In this document: positions 28,159-38,921 of the stretch, piece after piece | How positions within the stretch are numbered: the first letter of the stretch is position 1 | Layout: each line of letters begins with the position of its first letter | Assembly: GCA_963790705.1 (NCBI GenBank) | Contig: CAWBQE010000021.1 | Coordinates: forward strand, 12,806 to 76,805 | From: an uncultured Acidobacteriaceae bacterium | GTDB lineage: Bacteria > Acidobacteriota > Terriglobia > Terriglobales > Acidobacteriaceae | DNA length: 64,000 bases | Direction: 5' to 3' | Notes under the pieces: model-generated | The model's database searches: none | Seen by the model: only the letters and a program-made list of their open reading frames with translations | Told to the model about the DNA's origin: nothing | Translations under genes and position numbers: made by a program

Positions 28159-29248
28159 CTAATGAGGGCTTTAGAGTCTGCGTGAGAACTACCGTCTCCA
28201 AATTCAGTCCCGTAGGGACGGCTGAGAGTAGCCCAGGACGAACCTGGATTTCCTGTGCAGGTTGGTGGAACCAAGGAGCCTCATGCGGCTTTCCGTAAAG
28301 AAAGCCGCATACGCAGATCCATCTGGAGCAGCGTACAGGAAATCCGGGGTAGTCCTGGGGACAGATTCGAGAGACGAACCAGTCCCGCAGGGACGACTGA
28401 GAATGCCCCAGGATGCAATCCTGGGGTACCTCTACCTCTGAAATGGACTATTCGCGATTCGAGGCAGCCAGCCCATGTTGCCAATCAGCATTCACGTGCG
28501 GCTCAGGTTCACCCAGGACTAACGTCCTGGGGCATTCTCAGCCGTCCCTGCGGGACTGGTCCCGATGGGAATGAACACCCAGGACTAGCGTCCTGGGCTA
28601 TTCTCAACCGTCCCTTCGGGACTGAGTTTCGTCGGTGCAGTTCTCACGCAGGCTCTAACTAAAGCCCTTGAGGTGTTCCTTTCTTGCCCGGTGCTAATGA
28701 GGGCTTTAGAGTCTGCGTGAGAACTACCATCTCCAAATTCAGTCCCGTAGGGACGGCTGAGTAGCCCAGGACGAACCTGGATTTCCTGTGCAGGTTGGTG
28801 GAACCAAGGAGCCTCATGCGGCTTTCCGTAAAGAAAGCCGCATACGCAGATCCATCTGGAGCAGCGTACAGGAAATCCGGGGTAGTCCTGGGGACAGATT
28901 CGAGAGACGAACCAGTCCCGCAGGGACGAGTGAGATGCCCAGGATGCAATCCTGGGGTACCTCTACTTCTGAAATGGACTATTCGCGATTCGAGGCAGCC
29001 AGCCCATGTTGCCAATCGGCATTCACGTGCGGCTCAGGTTCACCCAGGACTAACGTCCTGGGGCATCTGCAGCCGTCCCCTTCGACAAGCTCAGGGCAGG
29101 CTCTACGGGACTGGTCCCGATGGGAATGAACACCCAGGACTAGCGTCCTGGGCTATTCTCAGCCGTCCCTTCGGGACTGAGTTTCGTCGGTGCAGTTCTC
29201 ACGCAGGCTCTAACTAAAGCCCCTGAGGTGTTCCTTTCTTGCCCGGTG
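28159..29248. repeat. Tandem duplication of a ~535-bp MITE-like unit (28159-28693 and 28694-29248), each with ~70-nt imperfect terminal inverted repeats and nested hairpins
   Basis: The units align base for base by eye, apart from a few substitutions, two 2-nt gaps and a ~24-nt insertion (cttcgacaagctcagggcaggctcta) in unit 2. The start of each unit (ctaatgagggctttagagtctgcgtgagaact...cagtcccgtagggacggctgaga) is the reverse complement of its end (tctcaaccgtcccttcgggactg...agttctcacgcaggctctaactaaagccc). Confidence 0.9.
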
Positions 29249-29269
29249 CAGAGTTTTTCCGCAGCCTCT

Positions 29270-30730
29270 TCAGAAAAGAAGTTTGCCTTTCATTTCCTCG
29301 GGCACGGGAACATCAACCGGAATTTTTGTTGCTCCAGCGTAGAGATGTCGCAGTTTCGGCAGGCTCTCCACAACCTTCAGGCACGCGGGTGTAACCTCGG
29401 TGCCATAAAGATCCAGGGACTCCAATCGATCCAGACCGCCCAATGCCAACACGGTAGCATCCGTAATTTTGGTATTGGTAAGGCGCAAGACTCGCGCGTG
29501 TTTCATGGCAGCCAGCAACGGGGCCGAGCGGTCAGTAATTGCCGTGCCTGAAAGGTCGGCGGTTACAATTTGCTCGCTTAGGGGTTTTATCGCAGCTAAA
29601 TCATCGTCCCCGAACTTGGCGCCCAAAGCTGACGCATCGATCACAAGGTTGGCGGAGCCGCGGGATTCGTAATCCACGAGGTCCGGGTAGCGCTGTTTGA
29701 GTTGCGCAACCTGTGGAGCGAGTGGGGCGCGCGACTGCGTCACCGAGGCGGGGTCGATCTCCGGGAAGGTTACCTCGGCAACAACCGGCACGTCGTTCGT
29801 AGGCGCGTCCTTGATCCCATTGGCAGCCAGCGTGGACGAAGCTCCGGCGGCAATCCATAGCTCCAACAGCTTGATCTCATTCGGTGCCAAAGGGCGTTTG
29901 CCCTGAGGAGGCATGGCATCATCGTCAGACGGCGAGAGCGTGACGCGATGAAAAAGCTCGCTGCCTTTGACGTTTCCAGCCTTCACCACGGGGCCGTCTT
30001 CGCCTCCGCGCATCAGCAGGTCATAACTATCCAGCCGCAGGCGTCCCTTTTGCTTATCTGGACCATGGCACGAGTAGCAGTGCCCCACGAAAATGGGTTC
30101 GACGTGGGCGCCGTAGAAAAAAGCAGGATTCGATCGAGGTAAAGCTGCGGGGCGGGCCGAAAGTCCAATTAACTTTCGCAGCACTCCCGGCATATGTTCG
30201 GTGAGGTGATTTTCGCCTTGCGATAGTTGACCGCCGCGATATCCCGTCCACGAAACAATCCCAACGGTGGCAAGCAACGCCAAGGTGTAGACGAGATCGA
30301 AACGCGGACCGCGGAAGTATCCACGCAGCATCCAGCACAGCCAGCAGGCCGCCGCTACAGATACTCCACCCCACATGTGCTGCGTGACCAGCCGTCCCGA
30401 ATACCCGCCACTCCGCGCCAGGCACCATCCCAGAGTTGCGGCGGCCAAACTGCTCAGCATCGCCAGAGCCAATACGAAATCGACGGAGGAGCGCAGGTAG
30501 GGGAAGCGGGGGTTTCTTCCAGCCCATTCCAAAACAGGCACGATGAGGATGAGCGCAATCGGAAAGTGCACGGTCAACAGATGAAAGCGCCCGATAAATT
30601 GTGCCCAGGTGGCGCGCTCGAGTCCGTCCGGAGGAAGAAAGGCGAACAGAGCGCAGAGCAGCAATATTGACGCAAGCGCGAGCAGACCAAGGCGCAGCCG
30701 CAACGGCGCCCGGCGAACCGAAAATGTCAT
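29270..30730 (-). CDS. Membrane protein with a multi-TM N-terminal domain, a Planctomycete-type cytochrome c (PSCyt1) domain and C-terminal leucine-rich repeats
   Basis: TM region FHLLTVHFPIALILIVPVLEW.. (DUF2231-like). HVEPIFVGHCYSCHGPDKQKGRLRLDS contains CxxCH. LRR-like LRLTNTKITDATVLALGGLDRLESLDLYGTEVT. The start is either 30730 (MTFSVRRAPLRLRL) or 30799. Confidence 0.7.
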   Translation of the reverse strand: MTFSVRRAPLRLRLGLLALASILLLCALFAFLPPDGLERATWAQFIGRFHLLTVHFPIALILIVPVLEWAGRNPRFPYLRSSVDFVLALAMLSSLAAATLGWCLARSGGYSGRLVTQHMWGGVSVAAACWLCWMLRGYFRGPRFDLVYTLALLATVGIVSWTGYRGGQLSQGENHLTEHMPGVLRKLIGLSARPAALPRSNPAFFYGAHVEPIFVGHCYSCHGPDKQKGRLRLDSYDLLMRGGEDGPVVKAGNVKGSELFHRVTLSPSDDDAMPPQGKRPLAPNEIKLLELWIAAGASSTLAANGIKDAPTNDVPVVAEVTFPEIDPASVTQSRAPLAPQVAQLKQRYPDLVDYESRGSANLVIDASALGAKFGDDDLAAIKPLSEQIVTADLSGTAITDRSAPLLAAMKHARVLRLTNTKITDATVLALGGLDRLESLDLYGTEVTPACLKVVESLPKLRHLYAGATKIPVDVPVPEEMKGKLLF

Positions 30731-30779
30731 GCGGCCATGTGGCCTCGAAAATGGAGACGACAATAGCCGGAAAGCTGAA

Positions 30780-32354
30780 TCACGCCAAAACCTCTGCAAC
30801 GACTCGCGCCGGCTTCACACTGGTGAGCTTTTGCTCCAGTCCCTGGAAGGAATAATTGAGTTTGTGATGATCAAAGCCCATGGCGTAGAGGATGGTCGCA
30901 TGAAGATCGCGAATCTCTACCGGGTCCTTCACGATCTCGTAGCCCATCGCGTCGGTCTCGCCGTGGCTCATGCCTGGTTTAATTCCGCCTCCGGCCATCC
31001 AAATGGTGAACGCGCCCGGATTGTGGTCCCTGCCGATAAATTGCATAACCTGACCATTGCGGTTTTCGCGCATGGACGTGCGCCCGAATTCGCCGCCCCA
31101 GACCACCAGCGTGTCCTCCAGCATGCCGCGTTGCTTGAGGTCAGTGAGAAGCGCCGCAATGGGCTGATCGGTTTCGCGGCAGCGGTCCGCAAAGCCGATA
31201 TTCAGGGAATCTTTGGCGGAAGTTCCATGATCGTCCCAGCCCCAATGGTAAAGCTGAATGAAGCGCACACCACGCTCCGCCAGGCGGCGCGCCACCACGC
31301 AATTGTTGGCAAAACTGGAATCGGCAGGATTCGCGCCATAAGCTGCAAGCACCGCCGCGGGCTCCTTGTGAATATCCATAGCGTCGGTGGCGTCCATTTG
31401 CATGCGGAACGCCATCTCGTATTGCGCAATGCGCGTGACGGTTTCGGGATTGCCGAACTCGGCATAGGTTTGCCGGTTGATTTCGTCTACGGCATCCAGC
31501 ATGCGGCGCCGCAAAGGCCGGCTTACGTCTGGAGGATTTTCCAGGTAGAGCACTGGCTCGCCGTGGGAGCGGCATTGCACGCCCTGATAAACACTGGGCA
31601 GGAATCCAGATCCCCACAATTGTTTGCCGCCGTCCGGCTGGTTGCCGCCTGATACCAGCACGATGAAACCAGGGAGGTTCTGGTTCTCCGTGCCCAGCCC
31701 ATAGATCACCCAGGAACCCATCGACGGATAGCCGAGGCGAGCATTGCCAGTTTGTACCAGTAACTGAGCCGGGGCATGGTTGAACTGATCGGTGCGCATC
31801 GACTTGATCAGGCACAGATCGTCGATGTGATTTTCCAGATGGGGCAGGCGGTCCGACATCCATTGGCCGCTTTTTCCCGCCTGGTGGAAGGGATATTGCG
31901 CGCCCAACAGCTTGGGCACACCGCTGATGAACGCAAACCGCTTGCCCACCAAAAAGGACGCAGGACATTCCTGGCCGTTAAGCTTGTTCAAATCAGGTTT
32001 GTAATCAAAAAGCTCCAATTGGCTTGGCGCCCCCGCCATATGCAAATAAATGATCCGCTTGGCGCGGGGGGCAAACTCCGGCGGCAGAACCGACAGCGGC
32101 CGCGAAGGATCGCGTGTGAAATCGAGGCGGAGGCTTCCATCGACATTGCGTTCCGCGGCTTTGACTGGAGGAGCAAATTGCGACGCCAATGTGCCCAGAA
32201 ACATGGAGCCTACGCCGGCAGTGAAACTGCGCAGAAAGTGACGGCGGGTTTGCGCTTGCAGTAATGCGAAGCGCGCTTCCGGATGCAATGCTCCAGGGAA
32301 CCCAGGCAGCGGATTGTTCTTTGCATCGGTTTCGGGATCTGACATAACCATCAC
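30780..32354 (-). CDS. DUF1501 family protein (sulfatase/alkaline-phosphatase-like fold) with a Tat signal
   Basis: TRRHFLRSFTAGVGSMFLGTLA, HMAGAPSQLELFDYKP, and a C-terminal VVWGGEFGRT...GRDHNPGAFTIWMAGGGIKPG typical of DUF1501 proteins. Confidence 0.85.
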   Translation of the reverse strand: MMVMSDPETDAKNNPLPGFPGALHPEARFALLQAQTRRHFLRSFTAGVGSMFLGTLASQFAPPVKAAERNVDGSLRLDFTRDPSRPLSVLPPEFAPRAKRIIYLHMAGAPSQLELFDYKPDLNKLNGQECPASFLVGKRFAFISGVPKLLGAQYPFHQAGKSGQWMSDRLPHLENHIDDLCLIKSMRTDQFNHAPAQLLVQTGNARLGYPSMGSWVIYGLGTENQNLPGFIVLVSGGNQPDGGKQLWGSGFLPSVYQGVQCRSHGEPVLYLENPPDVSRPLRRRMLDAVDEINRQTYAEFGNPETVTRIAQYEMAFRMQMDATDAMDIHKEPAAVLAAYGANPADSSFANNCVVARRLAERGVRFIQLYHWGWDDHGTSAKDSLNIGFADRCRETDQPIAALLTDLKQRGMLEDTLVVWGGEFGRTSMRENRNGQVMQFIGRDHNPGAFTIWMAGGGIKPGMSHGETDAMGYEIVKDPVEIRDLHATILYAMGFDHHKLNYSFQGLEQKLTSVKPARVVAEVLA

Positions 32355-35300
32355 CTCACGAGTGCGGCATCGAGATTAAAGAGGACACTGCCGACAGCCG
32401 TTAGCGCCTCGAGTTGCCCTGCAGGAACTCGCTTGCCCAACGATGTTTCCGATAGATTCAGGTTTGCTTTCACGACGGCGGGCCGCTCGCGCATGGCAAC
32501 AGCGTCTTTGTAGAACTTGCGCAGCACAGCCAACTCGCCTCGGAGTAGGATCGCGCGACAGGACCAACCGCGTTTCATAAGTAAGCTGGGTGTTCAGAAT
32601 AGAGTCCGCACTGGAAGCGCCGGATGTTTTTCCGGCGGTGTCTTTTATCACCCGCCGGGCCAAGGCTTCGGCGGCTTCCTCATACACCGGATCGTTCAGA
32701 GTCACCAACGCTTGCAACGGAGTGTTCGTCGCTATGCGCCGGGGAAGACTGGTATCGCGATCGGATGCGTCGAACACGAGCGAACTGGGATAACCGGCTG
32801 TTCGCTTGATGAAGGTATAAATGGCCCGGCGATAGCGGTTGGGACCGGTCGCGTCGACCCACTTCGAGTCGTTGTAAACCGAATTCCAAATCCCGGCGGG
32901 CTGGGGAGGCATAACCGGCGGTCCTCCCATGGTTGTGCTCAAGAGGCCGCTGGCCAACAGGGCTTGATCGCGTACCATCTCTGCCGTAAGCCGCTGCTGC
33001 GGCCCATGGGCCAGCAGGCGATTGCGAGGGTCTTTCGCCAGAAGAGAAGGGGTTGTGACCGCGCTCTGGCGGTAAGTCGCGCTGGTCACCAGTTCGCGCA
33101 GCAGTGCCTTCCTATCCCAATGAAGATCGTTTTGATAATGGAGCGCCAGCCAATCCAGAAGCTCGGGGTGGCTCGGCTCCTCGCCTACGCTGCCGAAGTT
33201 TTCCAGGGTTTCGACAATGCCCGTTCCGAAGAGCTCTTCCCAATAACGGTTGACCGCAACCCGCGCAGTGAGTGGTTGACCAGGCAGAAAGAACCACTTT
33301 GCCAGGGTGAGCCGGTTGCGTGGCGCGCCGGCAGGAAGTTTGGGAAAAATTCCGGGGACATCGGGCGGAAGGTCCGGACCTATCTTAGTTAGGAAATTAC
33401 CGCGCTCGAATTCCAGCGTAGCCCTTCGCTCATAAGGTTGCTGCTCCACCATCACTGGAAGCGGGACGGTGGGGATTTTGTCCAGCTGCTGATTGAGCTC
33501 CTGGAGACGCGCAATATTCTGCGCGCGGATAGGATCACGGCTTAAAGACGTCCAGCTTGGATCACCACTCGCGGCAAGCCGTATGCGCTGGATGAGAGCG
33601 GGCTTAGAGTCAATGCCCTTTACCTGCTTCAGATCCATCTGGATGCGGCTCCCATTCGCCAACTGCAATGGCTCGGAGAGAACGCCCACGATCCAGCGTG
33701 TCCGGAAAAGCTTGGGAAGGGCCGCGAATGCGCTGGGGTCCGGTTCCGCGTTTTTTGATCCTTTCTTCGCGTCGCCCGCGGAGAATAATGCGTCTCGCAG
33801 ATTCCTCTCCGAATCCTGGACAAAATAACGAAACGCAATTTTGCTCTTTTGGCCGCCCGGCGCAATCACCCAACCCTCCACTTTGTCGACAATGAAGCCG
33901 TTTTCCGGTGTGTGGCGTGCCATTTCCGCGTTGAGCGGGGGCACCTCGACGCGAATCGCCGTCAGCACAGGGAGGCCGGCGTTCGCTGTCAGCTCATAAA
34001 AAGATTGTGGCGGGGTGTCCGCGTTCGCCAGCGCCTCTCCGTCGCGGATGGTAAACGTTTTGGCCGCTGCGCCCGCAGCTTTGGCATGAGCGAGTCGTAC
34101 TCTGGTGTCACTGATTGTCTTGCGTAGAGCTTTCAACTCCTCCTCTTTTTTGTCTGGGGCGAGCTTCTGGTTTTTTTCGAGTTCAGCCAGTTGGCTCTCC
34201 AGTTCCGGAAGCATCGGTTCCAGTGCCAACACCTCATTGGCCGCGGCGCTCTCGATGGGCAGTGGTTTCCATTGCGCCTTATCTTCCATCTGGCGGTCTG
34301 AGGCTTCTATCGGGTGCAGCAGGCTGGCAATTTGTTGCTGTAATTGCGACGCTTCGGAATAGTTGGCTTTGTCTTTTGGAACCCTCAGAACTGGTGAATC
34401 ATCCATAAGATCCGCATCGCGCTGCGTATTGAAGAAAGCCATCGACTTGTAATAATCAGTGTGGCGAATAGGATCATACGGATGCGAATGGCATTGCACG
34501 CAATTCATGGTGAGGCCATTCAACACAGACCATGTTGTGGCCACGCGATCCATCACCGCGACCATGCGAAATTCCTCATCGTCGGTACCCCCCTCGTCGT
34601 TGTTGGGAGTCTGCCGGTGGAAGGAAGTGGCAATCTGGTCTTCAAAGGTGGGATTGGGAAGCAGATCCCCCGCCAGTTGTTTGATCACGAACTGGTCGTA
34701 GGGCAGGTTACGATTGAAAGCATCAATCACCCAGTCACGGTAAGGCCAGACGCCCGGGCGATCAAAGTCGGCTTCGTAACCCTTGGTATCAGCATATCGC
34801 GCCAGGTCGAGCCACATAGAAGCCCAGCGTTCGCCATAGCGCGGTGACGCCAGCAGGCGATCCACCTGTTTTTCGTAGGCGCCGGGCGATGAGTCTGCCA
34901 AGAATGCCGCTTCTTCCTCGGGGGTGGGCGGCAGACCGGTAAGGTCCAGAGATACCCGCCGCAACAGGGCAGCCTTATCGGCTTCGGGAGAGGGCTCCAG
35001 CCCTTCCTTCTCCAGCCGCGCCAGAATGAACCGATCCATGGGTTGGCGCACCCAATCCGCACGCTTCACCTTCGGCAGTGGTCGCGGGGCCGGCGGTACA
35101 AAGGCCCAATAATCCTCCCACTTCGCACCCTCCTTGATCCAGCGACGGAGCAAGGCGATTTGCTGGGCCGGGAGCGGCGGACCGTGATAAGGCATGCGCG
35201 CCTCGGGATCGGTAGAAGTCAGGCGTCTCATGAACTCAGAGGCATCGGGATCGCCAGGGACAATCGTGCGCCGTCCGGACTTGCCCGTTCCCAATGCATC

Positions 35301-35528
35301 TTCACGGAATATGAAGGAAACGCCGTTTTTCTGCCGCACCCCTCCGTGGCAGGCAACGCAATTTTGATTCAGTATGGGCCGGATGTCCCGGCTGAACTCC
35401 ACATGGTCCGGCGGGGTCCGATGGAAGAGCGAACTTGCAAATGGCCAAACTGACAGCGCAGCTACCGCGAGAATACAGAGGGCAGCGATTTTCAATTTGG
35501 AAATACGAAGAGCAGGCGGCTGTGCCAC
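32351..35528 (-). pseudogene. PSCyt / DUF1549 / DUF1553 (PSD1) protein. One frameshift near 32535-32545 detaches the last ~65 codons.
   Basis: N-terminal FSRDIRPILNQNCVACHGG (CxxCH), then the DUF1549-like and DUF1553-like body. The conserved C-terminal tail GELAVLRKFYKDA...LEALTAVGSVLFNLDAALVR sits in ORF 32351..32578 in another frame. Its stop overlaps the DUF1501 start. Confidence 0.85.
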
Positions 35529-35744
35529 GGCTATCTAACCAGTGTAAAGGATGATCGACATACAACCCATTCCTTTGTGCGCCACTCGCAATCGGCGCAG
35601 ACGACCCGGTTAGCCAGTCAGGTCATCGGACACACCCGCCCCACCACGCATAAGCCGTTCATGCTAAACGAGATAGTGGTAACGCTCTGCAAGCGACGCC
35701 CTCTCCATGTGTGGGTTTCGTTGTGCCTATTTACCGATGCTTTC

Positions 35745-37508
35745 CTATTGAGGTTTTGCGGCTTGCATAAGTTGGTAGAAGCGATCCGGATGACTAGCTA
35801 GAGAGGCTGAATACGCCGTCGCTCGCTTCCACTGATAGAGCAACTGATCCTGCGGATCCAGGTCCACGACAGGCTCCCGCTTTGCTGCGGCATCCGGGAA
35901 ACGGCCTCTGTCCCAGTCCCTTGTCAGGGCCTCGGCAATATCCCGATCTCGCTCAGCGATGCTCTGAATGAGCAAGTCAGTGGCTTCCCGTTGCAGCGGT
36001 TTCTTCTGAGCCTGCTCGATGACAACCGTCTCACGCCAGAACATCTTCTCCAGATACTCCACGCAGAGTTCGAACGCTTGAAAATCAGAAAAATTCCTGA
36101 CTACCAGCGGTTCCAACTGAACGAGGAGGCTACGGATTCGCGTGAAGGGATTTGGTTGCGGCGACCCATCCTTCAGCAAAGCAGCCAACTGTTCATCATC
36201 ACTCCAGGGAACCGGCAAAAGGAGACCCATCCAGGACGACGTTTCTTGATCTTTCCTGTAGGGCGCCTGGTCATAGATCGTTTGGAATACCTCGTCCCAT
36301 AGCACGTTCCAATCCGCTTGATAGTGCTTCTCGACAAAACGGCGGAAGCCCGAGGTTTGCGCTGTTGCCGTCCCCTTCTTGAGGGCGACGGCAGCGTACG
36401 CGAATCCATCCCAGATCGAAGCCTGAATGTAACGGCTTGGTACCCAATTGGTCACGATAACGCCCAGCGAGTTGGGGTCGTTCGTGGCGGAGTAGGCATC
36501 GACGCAGGCGTCGATGTTTCTTAGCTGTTCGGTGCCAACCCGCGCGCCCCACTTGTAGCATGTCAATGCGGGCGCCCCGATTCCGCGGGAACCGTTGGCA
36601 CTGACTTTCTGGAAGGCCTCAAGAAATTTAGCTGAACTGTTGTCGGAGTAGTTCCAGTCCATGATGATGATCTTTTTGTTTAACTGACCGAGAACTTCCG
36701 GCTCCTTGTGGACAACGAAGTCGCCCCAAACGATCAGCTGTTTACCCAGCCCTGCAGAGATTTCGTTGAGTGAATTAAGGTACTCTGCCCACACTCGCGC
36801 GCGCCCCTTCACCTGAAGCGCTTTGCGGGAGAGCAATGAGCCTCCCCAGTTCACTTCATCGCAGCCACCGTGAAGGTAGTTCGATGGGAAGATCGCAGCG
36901 ACTTCGCCATATAGCTTGCGGAATAAAGTTAGCGTTTCAGGATTCACCGGAATGATCCCGTTGAATTCAGAATCGCCGGTCGCGTCGCGGTCCGATAGAT
37001 GAGCATACGCGGGGGAACGCGTGATGTACCCTGTGTGCCCGAATGACTCCACCTCGGGGATTAGTTCGACGCCGCGGCTTTGGCCATATTCCACCAGGCT
37101 TTTTAATTCTTCGGGGGTAAATGCATTTCCATGGGTCACAAGATCGGGGACGGATGTGAAATGCATCGCACTCCCCTGGTCATCCGTCAACCGGAACTGG
37201 AGTGTGTTGAGCTCCCAGTCCGAGCAGAACTCGATCACCCGCTTATAGTAGGCCATGGTTTCGGGCACGCGCGCCGCGTCCACCATAAGACCGCACATTG
37301 CATTTTTTCGTGAGCTTGATTGCGCTGTTGCCGCCAGAGACATGTTCGCGTTTGAGTTACCCAAAGGCGCGATAAAAGCCGGATCGATTTTGGACTTTCC
37401 CGCTAATGCAAGTGGTGTCGCGGCTACCTCGGCTACAAGAACGCCCGCTCCGACAAGAAATTCCCGTCTGCTCCTGATTTCCCTGCGCAAGATCTCTATC
37501 CTCTGCAA
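35745..37508 (-). CDS. Glycoside hydrolase family 20 (beta-N-acetylhexosaminidase-like), Tat signal
   Basis: SRREFLVGAGVL, then MVDAARV..TLQFRLTDDQG..ELIPEVESFGHTG..LHGGCDEVNWGG (GH20 H-x-G-G-D-E-like motif). Confidence 0.8.
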   Translation of the reverse strand: MQRIEILRREIRSRREFLVGAGVLVAEVAATPLALAGKSKIDPAFIAPLGNSNANMSLAATAQSSSRKNAMCGLMVDAARVPETMAYYKRVIEFCSDWELNTLQFRLTDDQGSAMHFTSVPDLVTHGNAFTPEELKSLVEYGQSRGVELIPEVESFGHTGYITRSPAYAHLSDRDATGDSEFNGIIPVNPETLTLFRKLYGEVAAIFPSNYLHGGCDEVNWGGSLLSRKALQVKGRARVWAEYLNSLNEISAGLGKQLIVWGDFVVHKEPEVLGQLNKKIIIMDWNYSDNSSAKFLEAFQKVSANGSRGIGAPALTCYKWGARVGTEQLRNIDACVDAYSATNDPNSLGVIVTNWVPSRYIQASIWDGFAYAAVALKKGTATAQTSGFRRFVEKHYQADWNVLWDEVFQTIYDQAPYRKDQETSSWMGLLLPVPWSDDEQLAALLKDGSPQPNPFTRIRSLLVQLEPLVVRNFSDFQAFELCVEYLEKMFWRETVVIEQAQKKPLQREATDLLIQSIAERDRDIAEALTRDWDRGRFPDAAAKREPVVDLDPQDQLLYQWKRATAYSASLASHPDRFYQLMQAAKPQ

Positions 37509-37624
37509 AGATCCTAACCCCCTCTTCCAGGTCTGGGGAGCAACTTTGAGCTGTTGACGGGTGGGAGCAGAGACCCCAAAGGGCTCTGCAGATTACCCAG
37601 GCCCACGAGACGAAACACCCCGCC

Positions 37625-38896
37625 ATGTTAGTTTTTAATGTCATGCCAAGGCAAAATGGAAAGCGCGAGGGAGCGACCAAGGCTCGAACCGCCGAAGGGA
37701 CTGTGCGGGGGCCGGCTGCCGCGGCAAGCTCCTCGTATGTGAGGATTATCGAGGCGCTGCTCGAGAACGGATCTATGTCTCGTTCCGAGCTGGCAGACTC
37801 CGTTGGGCTAAGCCGCTCGGCTTTGACGGAGATCAGCCGGGGTCTGATTCAAGATCGATTTCTCCTGGAATCGCCATCCGTTAGTGAAAAGCTGCGCAAG
37901 GGCCGGCCCTCCATCATGCTTTCCTTGAACGCAAAATACGGATACTTTGTGGGCGTCGGCCTCACCGAAGATCCTCCCCTGATGGCGCTGACGGATTGCC
38001 ATGGAAACGTGCTGGCGGAACACCAGATCAGCATGGTGATGTCGCCGGAAGAGGTGGCCGCAGCGATCAGCCGGGGCATTCCGCATCTCACGCGCGACGC
38101 AAACATTTCGCGCAACCAGGTACTGGGCATCGGGATCGCGCTCTCCGGGCTTGTCAACCATGCACTGGGGATCTGTGTGCATTCGAACCTGCTCGGTTGG
38201 CATGATGTGCCCGTCGCTAGAATTGTCGAGCGAGCGACAGAAATACCCACCTACATCGATAACGATGCCCATGCCGTGACGTTAGGAGAAAAACTCTTCG
38301 GTGTTGCCCGGGAACTCAAGAGCTTCACGGTAATCATGTTGGGCAAGAGTATTGGCGGCGGCAGCTACATGCAGGGGAGCCTGTATCGCGGGCATACCGG
38401 AGCCGCGGGTGAGATTGGCCATTGCATCATGGGCCCCGGAGGACCTCGCTGCGAATGTGGGAAAGAAGGCTGCGTGGACGCATTTGCCTCCAGCTCAGCC
38501 CTGCTGAGAAGAGCCGCGGAACTCGGACTGCAAGTGGGCGAAATCGGTGAGCTCGAGGCGCTTGCCGCCAAGGGCGTGGTGAAGGCCAGGGAACTGCTTC
38601 ACCACGCCGGGTTCGCTGTCGGGATCGCGGTAGCGAACTCCATACAGCTGAACAATCCCGAGCTGGTCCTATTTGCGGATCTGGTGGGCTTCGGCAATGG
38701 GGTTTTTATGAACAGCGCCAGAGAGGCGATCGAGCACAACATCATGCCGCACCTGCTGGCGACCACGCGCCTCGAATTCCAGTCGGTAGAAAAGGACTTT
38801 ATGGTGCGCGGCGCGGCCAGCATCGCCGCACATCAGTTCCTGATCGAGCGAGCGGGGCCCAGGGCTCCACAACCACCGGCGCTATTGGATGCGTGA
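37625..38896 (+). CDS. ROK family transcriptional regulator (NagC/XylR-like)
   Basis: wHTH SRSELADSVGLSRSALTEISRGLIQDRFL, a ROK sugar-kinase-like fold, and the zinc motif CECGKEGCVDAF. It is transcribed divergently from the GH20 gene. The exact start is uncertain. Confidence 0.8.
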   Translation: MLVFNVMPRQNGKREGATKARTAEGTVRGPAAAASSSYVRIIEALLENGSMSRSELADSVGLSRSALTEISRGLIQDRFLLESPSVSEKLRKGRPSIMLSLNAKYGYFVGVGLTEDPPLMALTDCHGNVLAEHQISMVMSPEEVAAAISRGIPHLTRDANISRNQVLGIGIALSGLVNHALGICVHSNLLGWHDVPVARIVERATEIPTYIDNDAHAVTLGEKLFGVARELKSFTVIMLGKSIGGGSYMQGSLYRGHTGAAGEIGHCIMGPGGPRCECGKEGCVDAFASSSALLRRAAELGLQVGEIGELEALAAKGVVKARELLHHAGFAVGIAVANSIQLNNPELVLFADLVGFGNGVFMNSAREAIEHNIMPHLLATTRLEFQSVEKDFMVRGAASIAAHQFLIERAGPRAPQPPALLDA

Positions 38897-38921
38897 TCAG
38901 CCTGCTCTGGAGAACAGCTGA

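Noticed and set aside
28159-29248. Possible CRISPR array or DGR template/variable repeat pair
   Set aside because: The repeat unit is ~535 bp with no short unique spacers. No cas or reverse-transcriptase genes are nearby, and the differences between units are not adenine-specific. It is a tandem duplication of a palindromic element.
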